Shown: positions 20,292 through 29,523 of the stretch, in pieces
Layout: each line of letters starts with the position of its first letter
Position numbering within the stretch: position 1 is the first letter of the stretch
DNA from: Dehalococcoidia bacterium
GTDB lineage: Bacteria; Chloroflexota; Dehalococcoidia; Bin125
DNA: 64,000 nt
Assembly: GCA_963662615.2 (NCBI GenBank)
Contig: CAXXSR010000001.1
Location: 544,001-608,000 of the forward strand
Reading direction: 5' to 3'
Translations under genes and position numbers: made by a program
Notes under the pieces: model-generated
The model's database searches: none
What the model was told of the DNA's origin: nothing
What the model saw: the letters and a program-made list of their open reading frames with translations, nothing else

Positions 20292-22037
20292 TCAGTCGCG
20301 CGGAATCAGCGGCAGCGTGATCTGGGAAGGGTGCTGGGCGTCGTGCAGGACGGTCTGTGCCGCCGGCGCCAGCTCCGTCTCCGTGGCGATGGTCCGGCCC
20401 GTGTTGGGGTTGCGATCGAAGCGAGGGAAGTTGGAGGAGCTGACCTCCAGCCGCAGCCGGTGGCCCGCCTTGAAGACGTGACTCGTCGCCCACAGGTCAA
20501 TGGTGAATCGATACGGCTGTCCCGGCGTGATCAGTCGCGGCTCGCTTGCGGAGTCGCGATAGCGCGCGCGCATCATGCCGTCCTGAATGTTCTGGGCGTA
20601 GCCGTCCGGGCGCACGTCCACGAGCTTGGCGGTGAAGTCGGTATCCACGGCGGAGGAGGCGGCGTAGAGCGTGACACTAATGGGGCCGGTCACCTCCAGC
20701 TCCTCGGGAAGGGCGTCCGTCGTATAGACCAGCACGTCGTCGCGGGCCTCGACCGGCCGCTGGTCGTAGACGCCCGACGGGATCACGAGCGTGCTGCCGC
20801 CGCGCGTCGGGGCCGGGTCGCGCGGGTCGTAGACGAAGCGGTCGGGCGGCTCGGGGCCGGGCGTGTCGCGGCTGAGGCGGCCGTCGTCGGGATGCGCGTT
20901 GGCGCGGCCGCCGCTGTGCAGGTAGTAGGGAGTGAACGCCGCGCGCGCCGGCGGCCATTCGTCCTCGTGGCGCCAGCGATTCTCCCCCATGACGAAGATC
21001 TTCACCGGCGGCTCGTCCATGATGCCGGTATCGAGCTCCTTCAGCCAGTAGTCGAACCAGCGCCGCTGCTCCTCCAGCAGCTCAATCCGCGCCGCCGGCC
21101 CGAAGTCAATGTCGCCGCTGCCGCCGCTCGTCGGCGCGGTGTAGGGAAACAGGTGCGCCCAAGGGCCCATCAGCAGCTTTTGCGCGCCTCGGGCCCGCTC
21201 CGTGCCCAGGGCGCGGATGCCCGCGAAGTTCTGCCAGGTCCCTTCCTGGAAGATGTCGTACCAGGAGCCGACGTGGTACATGGGCACGTCCACCTCGTGG
21301 TAGCGACGGCGCAGGTTGATCGCCCACCAATAAGGGCCGTCGTCGGGGTGGTCCAGGTAGTCGGCGAAGTACGGCGCGACGGGGCGCAGCCGCTCGGCCC
21401 AGTCCGCCAGGGGCAGGCGCCGGTACCAGGAGTCGGTCAAGGGCTGCGCGAAGTTCACGGCCGCATCGACGTACTCGTCAAGCGAGCGCAGGACGTCGTC
21501 GCCGAGCCCGCGACGCTCGGCGGTGTTGCGGGCCATAAAGATGGCGTAAGGCGCCATCCAGCCCCATTCCATGGCCCCGCCGCTGTGGTAGACCCAGCTC
21601 TCGTGAAAATCCGACGACCCCGACACCGGCATCATCGCCTTGAGCTGCGGCGCGCCCGCTGGCGCCAGCACGTGCTGGTCCGCCGCCATGTACGACTGGC
21701 CGTGGGTCGCCACCGCCCCGTTCGACCAGGGCTGCTCGGCCGCCCACGCCAGCGTGTCGTAGCCGTCGTCGGCCTCGGTGATCAGGGGGTAGTACTCGCC
21801 CTCCGAATCGAAGCGGCCGCGACAGTCCTGCGAGACCACTACGTAGCCGTGCGGCACCCAGAACTCGTGATTGCTGCGCTGGGGGGCGACGCGGCCGTAG
21901 GGCGTGCGGACCACCAGTACTGGGTAACGGCCCGGCTTCGACGGGCGGTAGACGTCGGCGCGCAGACGCACGCCGTCGCGCATGGGGATCGCGACGCCCT
22001 CGTCGACGGTCATGCGGATGGTGCGCTCTTGCGTCAT
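20292..22037 (-). CDS. CocE/NonD-family serine hydrolase
   Basis: MRDGVRLRADVYRP, RTPY, QDCRGRFDSEG, GQSY nucleophile, GSWYD, MGPWAH and SSNFPRFDRN motifs. Confidence 0.92.
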   Translation of the reverse strand: MTQERTIRMTVDEGVAIPMRDGVRLRADVYRPSKPGRYPVLVVRTPYGRVAPQRSNHEFWVPHGYVVVSQDCRGRFDSEGEYYPLITEADDGYDTLAWAAEQPWSNGAVATHGQSYMAADQHVLAPAGAPQLKAMMPVSGSSDFHESWVYHSGGAMEWGWMAPYAIFMARNTAERRGLGDDVLRSLDEYVDAAVNFAQPLTDSWYRRLPLADWAERLRPVAPYFADYLDHPDDGPYWWAINLRRRYHEVDVPMYHVGSWYDIFQEGTWQNFAGIRALGTERARGAQKLLMGPWAHLFPYTAPTSGGSGDIDFGPAARIELLEEQRRWFDYWLKELDTGIMDEPPVKIFVMGENRWRHEDEWPPARAAFTPYYLHSGGRANAHPDDGRLSRDTPGPEPPDRFVYDPRDPAPTRGGSTLVIPSGVYDQRPVEARDDVLVYTTDALPEELEVTGPISVTLYAASSAVDTDFTAKLVDVRPDGYAQNIQDGMMRARYRDSASEPRLITPGQPYRFTIDLWATSHVFKAGHRLRLEVSSSNFPRFDRNPNTGRTIATETELAPAAQTVLHDAQHPSQITLPLIPRD

Positions 22038-22834
22038 CCTTGATCCTCCGCCCCGCTCGCCGCCCCTCTACTTGCGCCGGTCGAGGGATAGGCTGGCATC
22101 TCGCTCGGCGCCCGCCCCGCGTACCTTGCCTGCAGCAGGCCGCGACAGAGCTGCGCGTTGAACTCCGTGCTGACGCGCACGCGGCGCAGCTCTCGCAGAT
22201 ACGCGACGAACGTGTCGCTGTCGAGCGGCCGCCCTTCCACCGTGAGGAAGGCGGGGCCGCTGGCGTCCGTCCCACCGCCCACCTCGCGGATGATCTCGAC
22301 ATAACGCATACGCAGCCGCGATGCCTCGGCGTCATGCAGAGGCAAGTCGGTCAGTTCAGGCAGGCTCAGGCGGGTCAACGCGGCCGCTGTGTATCCCCGC
22401 TTGACCAGGCAGCGCAGCAGCAGCTCCTGGCGGCGCTGAAACGCCTTGCGGCGGAAGCGCAGGCGCAGCGCCTCCAGGCCCCCGTCCGCCTCGCCGGAGA
22501 ACGTCTCCTGGAAGGGGAGCCCGCCGTTGACGCCGAGGTTGATCTGGTCGGCGCAGTAGTGCTCCTGCAGCTCCACCGTGACGGTTCCTGCCCACGGCAG
22601 CGCCTCCACCGCCTCCCGCGTGTCGCTGGCCATGAGGAAGGCGAAGTTGGCCGCGCACCAGTACGTGGGCAGCCGCAGGCGGATCTGCACGTCGCCCGCG
22701 CCGTCGACCCGCACCGACTCCGCGAAGCCCATCGCCGCCACCGACTCGTCCAGCTCTGGGTCGGTCACGGTCGCCAGGCGCTCCCAGACGTCTCGCAGCC
22801 GCGCGCTCTCGTCTGTGGTAAGCGCGGCCGTCAC
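22034..22834 (-). CDS. DUF59/SufT-PaaD-like Fe-S assembly domain protein
   Basis: VTDPELD and RLPTYWCAANF; 4-nt overlaps with both neighbouring genes. Confidence 0.85.
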   Translation of the reverse strand: MTAALTTDESARLRDVWERLATVTDPELDESVAAMGFAESVRVDGAGDVQIRLRLPTYWCAANFAFLMASDTREAVEALPWAGTVTVELQEHYCADQINLGVNGGLPFQETFSGEADGGLEALRLRFRRKAFQRRQELLLRCLVKRGYTAAALTRLSLPELTDLPLHDAEASRLRMRYVEIIREVGGGTDASGPAFLTVEGRPLDSDTFVAYLRELRRVRVSTEFNAQLCRGLLQARYAGRAPSEMPAYPSTGASRGAASGAEDQG

Positions 22835-23838
22835 GCGCGCGCTCCCGCCAGCTTCAGCTTCTGCGCCTCCACGTCAATCCCGTACAGCCGGGCCGCGTTC
22901 TCGCCCAGGATCTTCTTCTTCACGTCCAGATTGAGCGTGACCCCGGTCTCTTCCTGGATGTCCTCCGGCAGCTCAAACGCCATGAACTTCTCAATGAGCC
23001 ACTTCGGCTGCCAGATCGCGTAGTCGCTGCCGAAGAGCAGCCGGTCCTCTCCCAGCCAGAAGAGCAGCTCCGAGATTATCTCCGCGAAGTAGCGCGGCCG
23101 CGCGTTGATGAACGCCATCGCCACCGCCAGGCCTCCGTACACGTTCGGCTCCTGCGTGGCGATCCAGCAGAAGTCGTCCAGGCGCGGCAGGCCCACGTGC
23201 TCCACGATGAAGTTGAGGTCGGGGAAGTTCGTGGCGGCCTCATCCACGTCGGCCACGTCGAAGGCGTCGCGGTTGAGCGGGAGGATCGTGGGCCCCTTGT
23301 GGGGGTGAATGTTCTTGATGCCCAGCTCCTGGCACTTCGCCAGGTAGCGCTGGGCCCACGGGTCGGACAGCTTGTACCCCTTCGAGTCGCCCCGCCACTC
23401 CGCCGTGTACAGCTTCACGCCGGTGAGGGCGTACTTTTCGGCCAGCGCCTCCAGCGCCTCCAGGCCCGCTTCGCCGTCGCGCGGGTCAAAGGCGCCGTTG
23501 AGGATGATGCGATCGGGATAGCGCTCTTTGAGCCGGGCGTTCCGCTCCGTGGTGTTGAAGCCGTCCTTGTAGAAATCGGTCAGGTAGGTGGGCTGGCAGA
23601 TCGCCATGTCGTCGTAGCCCTGCACGAAGAGGTCTTCGTACAGCGTTTCCGGCGAGTACTTTTGGAACTTTTCGATCGGCCAGACGTACTCGGCGGGGCT
23701 CAGCCCCGAGTGATAGTCGTGGAAGCAGTTGATGAACTGAGCCCCGTGCACGTTCCGCTGGTTCTCCGGACTGGCGTCCCACAGATGCACGTGCCCATCG
23801 ATGATGAACACCTCTTCACCGTCGGCCGTCCGAAACAT
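22831..23838 (-). CDS. Amidohydrolase_2-family metal-dependent hydrolase
   Basis: DGHVH, HKGPT, VEHVGLPR and FGSDY; matches the type found in prm/SDIMO operons (from memory). Confidence 0.9.
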   Translation of the reverse strand: MFRTADGEEVFIIDGHVHLWDASPENQRNVHGAQFINCFHDYHSGLSPAEYVWPIEKFQKYSPETLYEDLFVQGYDDMAICQPTYLTDFYKDGFNTTERNARLKERYPDRIILNGAFDPRDGEAGLEALEALAEKYALTGVKLYTAEWRGDSKGYKLSDPWAQRYLAKCQELGIKNIHPHKGPTILPLNRDAFDVADVDEAATNFPDLNFIVEHVGLPRLDDFCWIATQEPNVYGGLAVAMAFINARPRYFAEIISELLFWLGEDRLLFGSDYAIWQPKWLIEKFMAFELPEDIQEETGVTLNLDVKKKILGENAARLYGIDVEAQKLKLAGARA

Positions 23839-23931
23839 GCCTTCCCCCTCTCGTCCGAAGCTCCTCTAGCGGACCTCGCCCCAGAGCGACGACGACGCTG
23901 CCGCCATCACCGTCCGCCGCCGACGGCCCCT

Positions 23932-24843
23932 CTACGACCCGCGCTGCCCGAGATGCTGCACGAACCAGTCGCGCGCCGCCGCGCTCGTCACCGCAAACCC
24001 GCCGTTCACGTACGCGTCGAAGTGCCCGCCCTGGAGGACGACGAGTTTCTTCGGTTCCCGCGCCTGCTCGTACGCCGCGAACGCTTCGTCGGCCACCGCG
24101 AGGTGGTCGCGATCCGCGATCACCATGAGCAGGGGCGTGGGGCTGATGTAGGGGATGTAGGCGCCGGGCTCGTATTCGGTGAACAGCTCCACCGACTGCA
24201 GGGTGACCTCGTTGCGCCAGGAAGGCGCCCGGGCCTTCGCCGTCTCCATGAACCACTCGAACGAATCGCGCGTGGGCAGGACGGCGGCCCCTGCCGGATC
24301 GTCCGTGACGACGGGGATCATCCCCGGCGGCTCCCCGGCGTAGCGCGCCTTGCGGTCCGCCACGAACCCGTCCCGCAGCGCGGCGATCTGGTCCGCCCGC
24401 ACCAGCCGGCGCACCAGCCGGGGACCGCTGATCAGCATCACCTGCGAGGCCACACACTTGACGCGCCGGTCAATGGCCCCCACCACCAGGACATGGCCAC
24501 CGCTGTAGCTCGACCCCCACACGCCGATGCGCTCTTCATCGACTTCCGGCAGCGTGGAGGCGTAGGTGATGGCGTCGCGGTAGTCGCCGACCTGCTCCCA
24601 GGGGTCCAGGTGCTGGCGCGGCTTCCCCTCGCTGGCGCCGGTGTTGCGGTAGTCGAACATCAGCGCGCCCAAGCCGGCGTCCGCGAAGACCTCGCCGAAG
24701 CGGTCGAGATACATCTCTTTCACCGCCGAGAAGCCGTGCGCCATCACCACCGTGGGCGCGGGCCCGCTGCCGGCGTCCGGCAGGTAGAGCCAGCCTCGCA
24801 GGGTCAGCCCGTCTTCCGTCTTGAATTCCAAGTCCCGGCGCAT
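23932..24843 (-). CDS. Alpha/beta hydrolase
   Basis: VVMAHGF, FDYRNTGASEG, WGSSYSGG nucleophile elbow and GGHFD. Confidence 0.9.
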   Translation of the reverse strand: MRRDLEFKTEDGLTLRGWLYLPDAGSGPAPTVVMAHGFSAVKEMYLDRFGEVFADAGLGALMFDYRNTGASEGKPRQHLDPWEQVGDYRDAITYASTLPEVDEERIGVWGSSYSGGHVLVVGAIDRRVKCVASQVMLISGPRLVRRLVRADQIAALRDGFVADRKARYAGEPPGMIPVVTDDPAGAAVLPTRDSFEWFMETAKARAPSWRNEVTLQSVELFTEYEPGAYIPYISPTPLLMVIADRDHLAVADEAFAAYEQAREPKKLVVLQGGHFDAYVNGGFAVTSAAARDWFVQHLGQRGS

Positions 24844-24903
24844 TGGCTCCTCCCCGCGCGGCTAACGAGCCGCCGAATTCTAGTCCCTCGCGCCCCCGTT
24901 CGC

Positions 24904-25947
24904 TCAGGGCACCAGCACCGCCCGACCCTTGACCCGGCCGGCGTGCAGATCGTGCAGCGCGACGTTCGCATCGCGCAGCGGATACTCCCGCGTCGCCAGA
25001 GTGACCAGCCCGCGGTCGGCCAGCGCCATCAACTCCACCAGCTCCGCATACGTCCCCACCAGATTGCCGACGATGGTCCGCTCGGAGATGATCATCTCGA
25101 TAGCGGGGATCTGGATCTGGCCGCCATAGCCCACGATGTAGTAGGAGCCGGCATTGCGCGTCATGGCCAAGCCCGTGTCCGTCGTGCCGCCTTCGCCCAC
25201 GAAGTCGATCACCGCCTCGGCGCCGTTGCCGCCCGTCAGCTCCCGCACCGTCTCGACCTCGTTGCCGTCGGCCGCGACCACGTGGTCGGCGCCCAACTCC
25301 TGCGCCAGCCCGCGCGCCGTCTCCGACCGATCGACCACGATGATCTCCGCGGCGCAGAGCGCCCGCAGCGACTGCAGCCCAATGTGCCCCAGGCCGCCCG
25401 CCCCGATGATCACGGCGTATTCGCCCGGCAGCAGATGCCGCGACGCCTTCTTGGCCGCGCGGTAGGCGGTCAGGCCGGCGTCGGCGTAGGGCGCCACCTC
25501 CTTCGGCGCGAGCGTCTGCGGCAGCTTCGCCAGCGTGCGGGCGTTGGTCTTGAACAGCTCCGCGTAGCCTCCGTCTGCATTGATGCCGGGGAAGACGCCG
25601 TCCGTCGCGTGCATGTCCTGCCCGCGGCGCGATGCCAGGGAATAGCCGCCGCTGACCAAGGGATGGCAGATGACGGGATCGCCGGCCTTGAACCCGTCGA
25701 CGCCGCTGCCCACCTCCTCCACCCAGCCGGCGTTCTCATGCCCCATCACGTACGGCAGCGTCACCTCCACCTTGTCCCGCCACAGCGCCTCAATCACGTG
25801 CAGGTCGGTGCGGCAGACGCCCGCCCCGCCCACGCGGACAATGACGTCCAGCGGACTCTCAATGCGCGGGTCCGGGACCTCCTCATACACCACCCACTCG
25901 GCCTGGCTGACGCTGGGGTCGTACTCATGCAGCACTGCCGCCTTCAT
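24904..25947 (-). CDS. Zn-dependent NAD(P) alcohol dehydrogenase (MDR family)
   Basis: GVCRTDLH, GHENAG, ADAGLTAY and GAGGLG; ATG at 25947 follows a GGAGGAGG RBS. Confidence 0.92.
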   Translation of the reverse strand: MKAAVLHEYDPSVSQAEWVVYEEVPDPRIESPLDVIVRVGGAGVCRTDLHVIEALWRDKVEVTLPYVMGHENAGWVEEVGSGVDGFKAGDPVICHPLVSGGYSLASRRGQDMHATDGVFPGINADGGYAELFKTNARTLAKLPQTLAPKEVAPYADAGLTAYRAAKKASRHLLPGEYAVIIGAGGLGHIGLQSLRALCAAEIIVVDRSETARGLAQELGADHVVAADGNEVETVRELTGGNGAEAVIDFVGEGGTTDTGLAMTRNAGSYYIVGYGGQIQIPAIEMIISERTIVGNLVGTYAELVELMALADRGLVTLATREYPLRDANVALHDLHAGRVKGRAVLVP

Positions 25948-26232
25948 TGCCGCTGCCTCCTCCCCTTCCGGCGTCCTCCCGGAAGGTCCGTATAGTACAA
26001 CCGCGACGGCGCTCCGCTGCAGCCGCGCTGCGAATATCCTGGCAGGGGGACGCGGCGGCAAGGCGAACGATGGCAACGCGACTCACGCCACACGCACGAC
26101 CGACCGTGTTCGACGGTCCGCTGCGGCGCTCGCCGCGGGCGCCGGCAAACCCCGCGGCAGCGGCGCTCGTATCCCCTGCTAGCCGCGATGTCGTCCTGCG
26201 GCTCGAGGAGGAGAATGTGACGCTGGCTGACG

Positions 26233-26856
26233 ATGCCGACGGCACTGGCACGCGTGGCGGCACTGCTGGGCGTGGCGGCTCTCCTCGCCGCGGCCTGCGG
26301 CGGCGACGGCGCCGCGGACGAGAACGAGGACGAAGCCCGCGTCGCCGAGGCGCGCGCGGCCGTCGCGTCTGCGACCGGCGGCTTCGACGACCCGGATCGC
26401 GTGCTCACCCTGGAGGAGTACTTCCAGAGCCTGCACGTTCGGATTCGCAGCTTCGAGCTGACCCGGGCGAACGTGGAAAACACCGTCATGGCGATTGTCC
26501 TGAGGGCGCAGGACCGGCTCGACGCCGTCCCGGCGCTGCGGGAGTACTACGAGTTCACCGCATCGTCTCGGGGCGCCTTGGCGGATCAACTCGATGGGAT
26601 GCGGCCGCCAGAGGCCGTTGCGGCGGGGCACGGCGCCTTGCTGGCGAACACTCGCGCCCAGCAGGCGATCGAGATGGACATCCTGGACACGATGGCGCAG
26701 AACGTGCCGACCTCCGACGAGCTTGAAGAAGCGGAAACCCTGCAAGCTGAACAACGACGTCTAGAGGTCGAGGCGGCGGAGATCTGCCGCGGCCTCCAGG
26801 CGCTCGCCACCGCCAACGGCGTCCAGGTCACGCTCTTTTGCGCCCTGCCGCAGTGA
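26233..26856 (+). CDS. Hypothetical helical lipoprotein
   Basis: Signal peptide with lipobox LLAAACGGD; helix-favouring composition. Confidence 0.75.
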   Translation: MPTALARVAALLGVAALLAAACGGDGAADENEDEARVAEARAAVASATGGFDDPDRVLTLEEYFQSLHVRIRSFELTRANVENTVMAIVLRAQDRLDAVPALREYYEFTASSRGALADQLDGMRPPEAVAAGHGALLANTRAQQAIEMDILDTMAQNVPTSDELEEAETLQAEQRRLEVEAAEICRGLQALATANGVQVTLFCALPQ

Positions 26857-27200
26857 GAGCCCGCGGCCACTGAAGGCTGCGGCGGCCGCCCCCGCTCCGG
26901 GCCGGCTCGTGGCGAACGCGATCCCCAAGGGCGAACTCCATGCCCAACAGTTCGGCCCGACGTTGCATCCGTCCGGCGACCGAGCGCGGGGCGCGCCTGA
27001 CTGAGAGCGGGCGTCGCTGTGGAGGTGGAGCGGGCGGGAACCGATGGTGCGGCTGTGCTTGAGTGCGGCCCCTTGCGCTGAATCCCTCACAACGTTTCCG
27101 AGAAAGGAGGGGGCCGGAAGCAGCAAGATTCTCTGCCGGTGTGGCCCCTGCGCCGAACTGGTTGATCGGCTACCTTCGCGCGACAGCGAAGGGGGAACAA

Positions 27201-27988
27201 ATGTATCGATTGCTCACGGTGGTAGCGGTGGTGCTGGTCGGTGTCGCGCTTCTCTGGCCACAGGAGACTTCAGCGGATACGGAGCTGCTGCTACAGCCCG
27301 GGTTGAACGAGTTCGTCTATACGGGCGAAACGTCGCCGGTGGCGGAGGCGCTGAACACTATCGAGGGCCTGTATGACGTGGTCTACCACTGGGACATCGC
27401 GGCACAGGTGTGGCGGACATTCCGGCCTCCGCCGGCCCCGGCGTTTCTGTCCGACTTCGAGCTGATGGAGCCGGGCAAGATCTATTGGGTCGTGGTGGCG
27501 CAGCAACTACAACTGACCATCACCGAGCCCGACCCGCCCAGCCCAGCCCGTTCCTTGCCATCGGAGACTCGTGGGTCCGCTCGGACGGCCTGGAGCTGAC
27601 GCTGCTGGAGTGCGGGGCGAACGTCCACCAGGATCGCCCCTTCGCGTGTAGCTTGCGGCTGTCCAATACGGGGTCGCGCGTGATTTCGGAACTCTCCTTC
27701 CCGAATGATGCAGCGCGGTTCCGCTCGGTACCCGGTACAGCTATCTCGGTGTACTTCACTGACGACACGCCCGGGGCGACCGATTGCTTCGACCTTCCGG
27801 ATCAGATTCAGATCTGCCCTCACACCGACCTCCTGCTGAACCCGGGAGATTCCGTGACGTACGTAATCACCGACTTTTGGGGCAATGTTTCGTCGTCATC
27901 AGACACGCCCGTTAGCGAGGTGGTGCGGCTCGAGTTCCTTGACGACGGTGCCGACGCGATGGCCGCATGGGACTTGTTCGCGTCCTAA
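27201..27988 (+). pseudogene. Secreted hypothetical protein, frameshifted near 27540
   Basis: RBS GAAGGGGG, then signal peptide MYRLLTVVAVVLVGVALLW. Removing one CCAGC from CCCAGCCCAGCCC fuses ORFs 27063..27599 and 27410..27988 (PDPPSPFLAIGDSW). Confidence 0.6.
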
Positions 27989-28068
27989 GCTGTCCACCGA
28001 GGCTGCTGAGGCGATCGAGCAGCCAAGTCGCTCGCGGATGTCCCGCGTTGCAGGCGCCGCTGTGGGGG

Positions 28069-28143
28069 TGGAGCGGCGGACGGGATTCGAACCCGTGGCC
28101 CCCTGCTTGGAAGGCAGGAGCTCTACCCCTGAGCTACCGCCGC
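28069..28143 (-). tRNA. tRNA-Gly (anticodon TCC)
   Basis: Reverse complement GCGGCGGTAGCTCAGGGGTAGAGCTCCTGCCTTCCAAGCAGGGGGCCACGGGTTCGAATCCCGTCCGCCGCTCCA: 7-bp acceptor stem, CCTGC/GCAGG anticodon stem, TTCGAAT T-loop, U73 and encoded CCA. Confidence 0.97.
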
Positions 28144-28375
28144 GCGCCGGCACCAGCGTACGGCCAGGCGACGGCGTCGGGAAGGGCGGCCACCCGGCCA
28201 CCACCGTCGGCGGCCTCGATGCTCGACGAGTGGACGCGCTCGGCATCCACCCGTCCCGGCTCCTGACCGACGACCAGACGCGCCGAACATCGCGCCGCTC
28301 CTGCTAGCCTGCCTGCGTGGCCACGCGATCGAGCGCCACGGCACGGCCCGACAGGAAGAGGAAACCGAGGTTGCC

Positions 28376-28807
28376 ATGACCGTACCGACGAGAAGACGCC
28401 GACGTGGGCCGGCCGGGACGCCGATCCCCGACAGCCATGCTGATCTGATCGGCGCGCCGCACCTCGCCCACCTGGCGACGCTCAACGCCGACGGCTCCCC
28501 GCAGGTTTCACCCGTATGGGTGAAGCGCGACGGCGATGATGTGCTCTTCAGCACCACCGCCGACCGCCTCAAGGCGCGCAACCTGCAGCGAGATGGCCGC
28601 CTCGCCCTGTCGATCCACGACTCCGCGGACCCCTATCGCTACATCGAGCTGCGCGGGACCGTAACGATCACCCCCGATCCCGAGCACACCCTCCTGGACG
28701 GCCTGGCGAAGGCCTATCTGGGAGTGGAGAAGCATCCCTGGACACGGCCGGAAGACGTTCGTGTCGCGGTCCGCCTGCGAGTCCGCTACACCTACACGAT
28801 GGAGTAG
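28376..28807 (+). CDS. PPOX-class putative F420-dependent oxidoreductase
   Basis: LATLNADGSPQVSPVW, KARNLQRD and DPYRYIELRG motifs. Confidence 0.9.
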   Translation: MTVPTRRRRRGPAGTPIPDSHADLIGAPHLAHLATLNADGSPQVSPVWVKRDGDDVLFSTTADRLKARNLQRDGRLALSIHDSADPYRYIELRGTVTITPDPEHTLLDGLAKAYLGVEKHPWTRPEDVRVAVRLRVRYTYTME

Positions 28808-28906
28808 TCCGCAGCCGCGCTTGCCGAACTCCGCTCGGATGCCGCGCTGCATATGTCAGGATCTCAGCCGACGAAGCTTTTTCAACCAATGCGTGGGAGG
28901 GAACAG

Positions 28907-29344
28907 ATGGCGTTCAGCATGAGTGAGACCGTCGAGATCAACCGCCCGGCGGGCGAGGTGTTCGCTTACCTATCCGACCTGAACAACGACCCAAAGTGGC
29001 AGAAGACAATCGTCGAAGCGAAGTACACGTCGGAAGGCCCGGTCGCCGTCGGGACGACCGGCGTGCATCGAGGGAAGGGCCTGGGCAAGACCTTCGATTT
29101 CGGGTGGGAGATGACCGAATACGAGGAGCCCAGGCGGGCCGGATGGAAGTTCATCTCGGGCCCATTCAGCGGCACCGATGGCTATACGCTGGAATCCACG
29201 CCGGGCGGGACGAAATTGACGCATGCAGCCGAGCTTCAGCCCCATGGCCTCTTCCGTCTCCTCACCCCTATCCTGGGCGGCGGGTTCGCGAGGCAGGCGC
29301 GGAACGACCTGCAGACCCTGAAGAGGATTCTCGAGTCTCAGTAA
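28907..29344 (+). CDS. SRPBCC (polyketide cyclase/START-like) family protein
   Basis: VEINRPAGEVFAY...N.PKW N-terminus and a DLQTLKRILES C-terminal helix; GGGAGG RBS. Confidence 0.88.
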   Translation: MAFSMSETVEINRPAGEVFAYLSDLNNDPKWQKTIVEAKYTSEGPVAVGTTGVHRGKGLGKTFDFGWEMTEYEEPRRAGWKFISGPFSGTDGYTLESTPGGTKLTHAAELQPHGLFRLLTPILGGGFARQARNDLQTLKRILESQ

Positions 29345-29523
29345 AGGCGGCTTCGTGAGACCAGGCTGCTCGCCGGCCGCCGCTGGGACGGGCGTAATCC
29401 TCGGCGAACCGTTCGTTGCGGCGTCTTCCCGGAAGGTCCGTATCGTACGCCCATGACGGCGGCCGATGATAAGGCCGTCGCGCTTTACCAGCCCCCTAAG
29501 CGTCGGGCCGGTACCCTAGGCGC

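Noticed and set aside
26880-27005. Short frame RLVANAIPKGELHAQQFG resembling an excisionase-like HTH next to the att-like repeat
   Set aside because: Too short and degenerate, with no start codon; the resemblance may be chance
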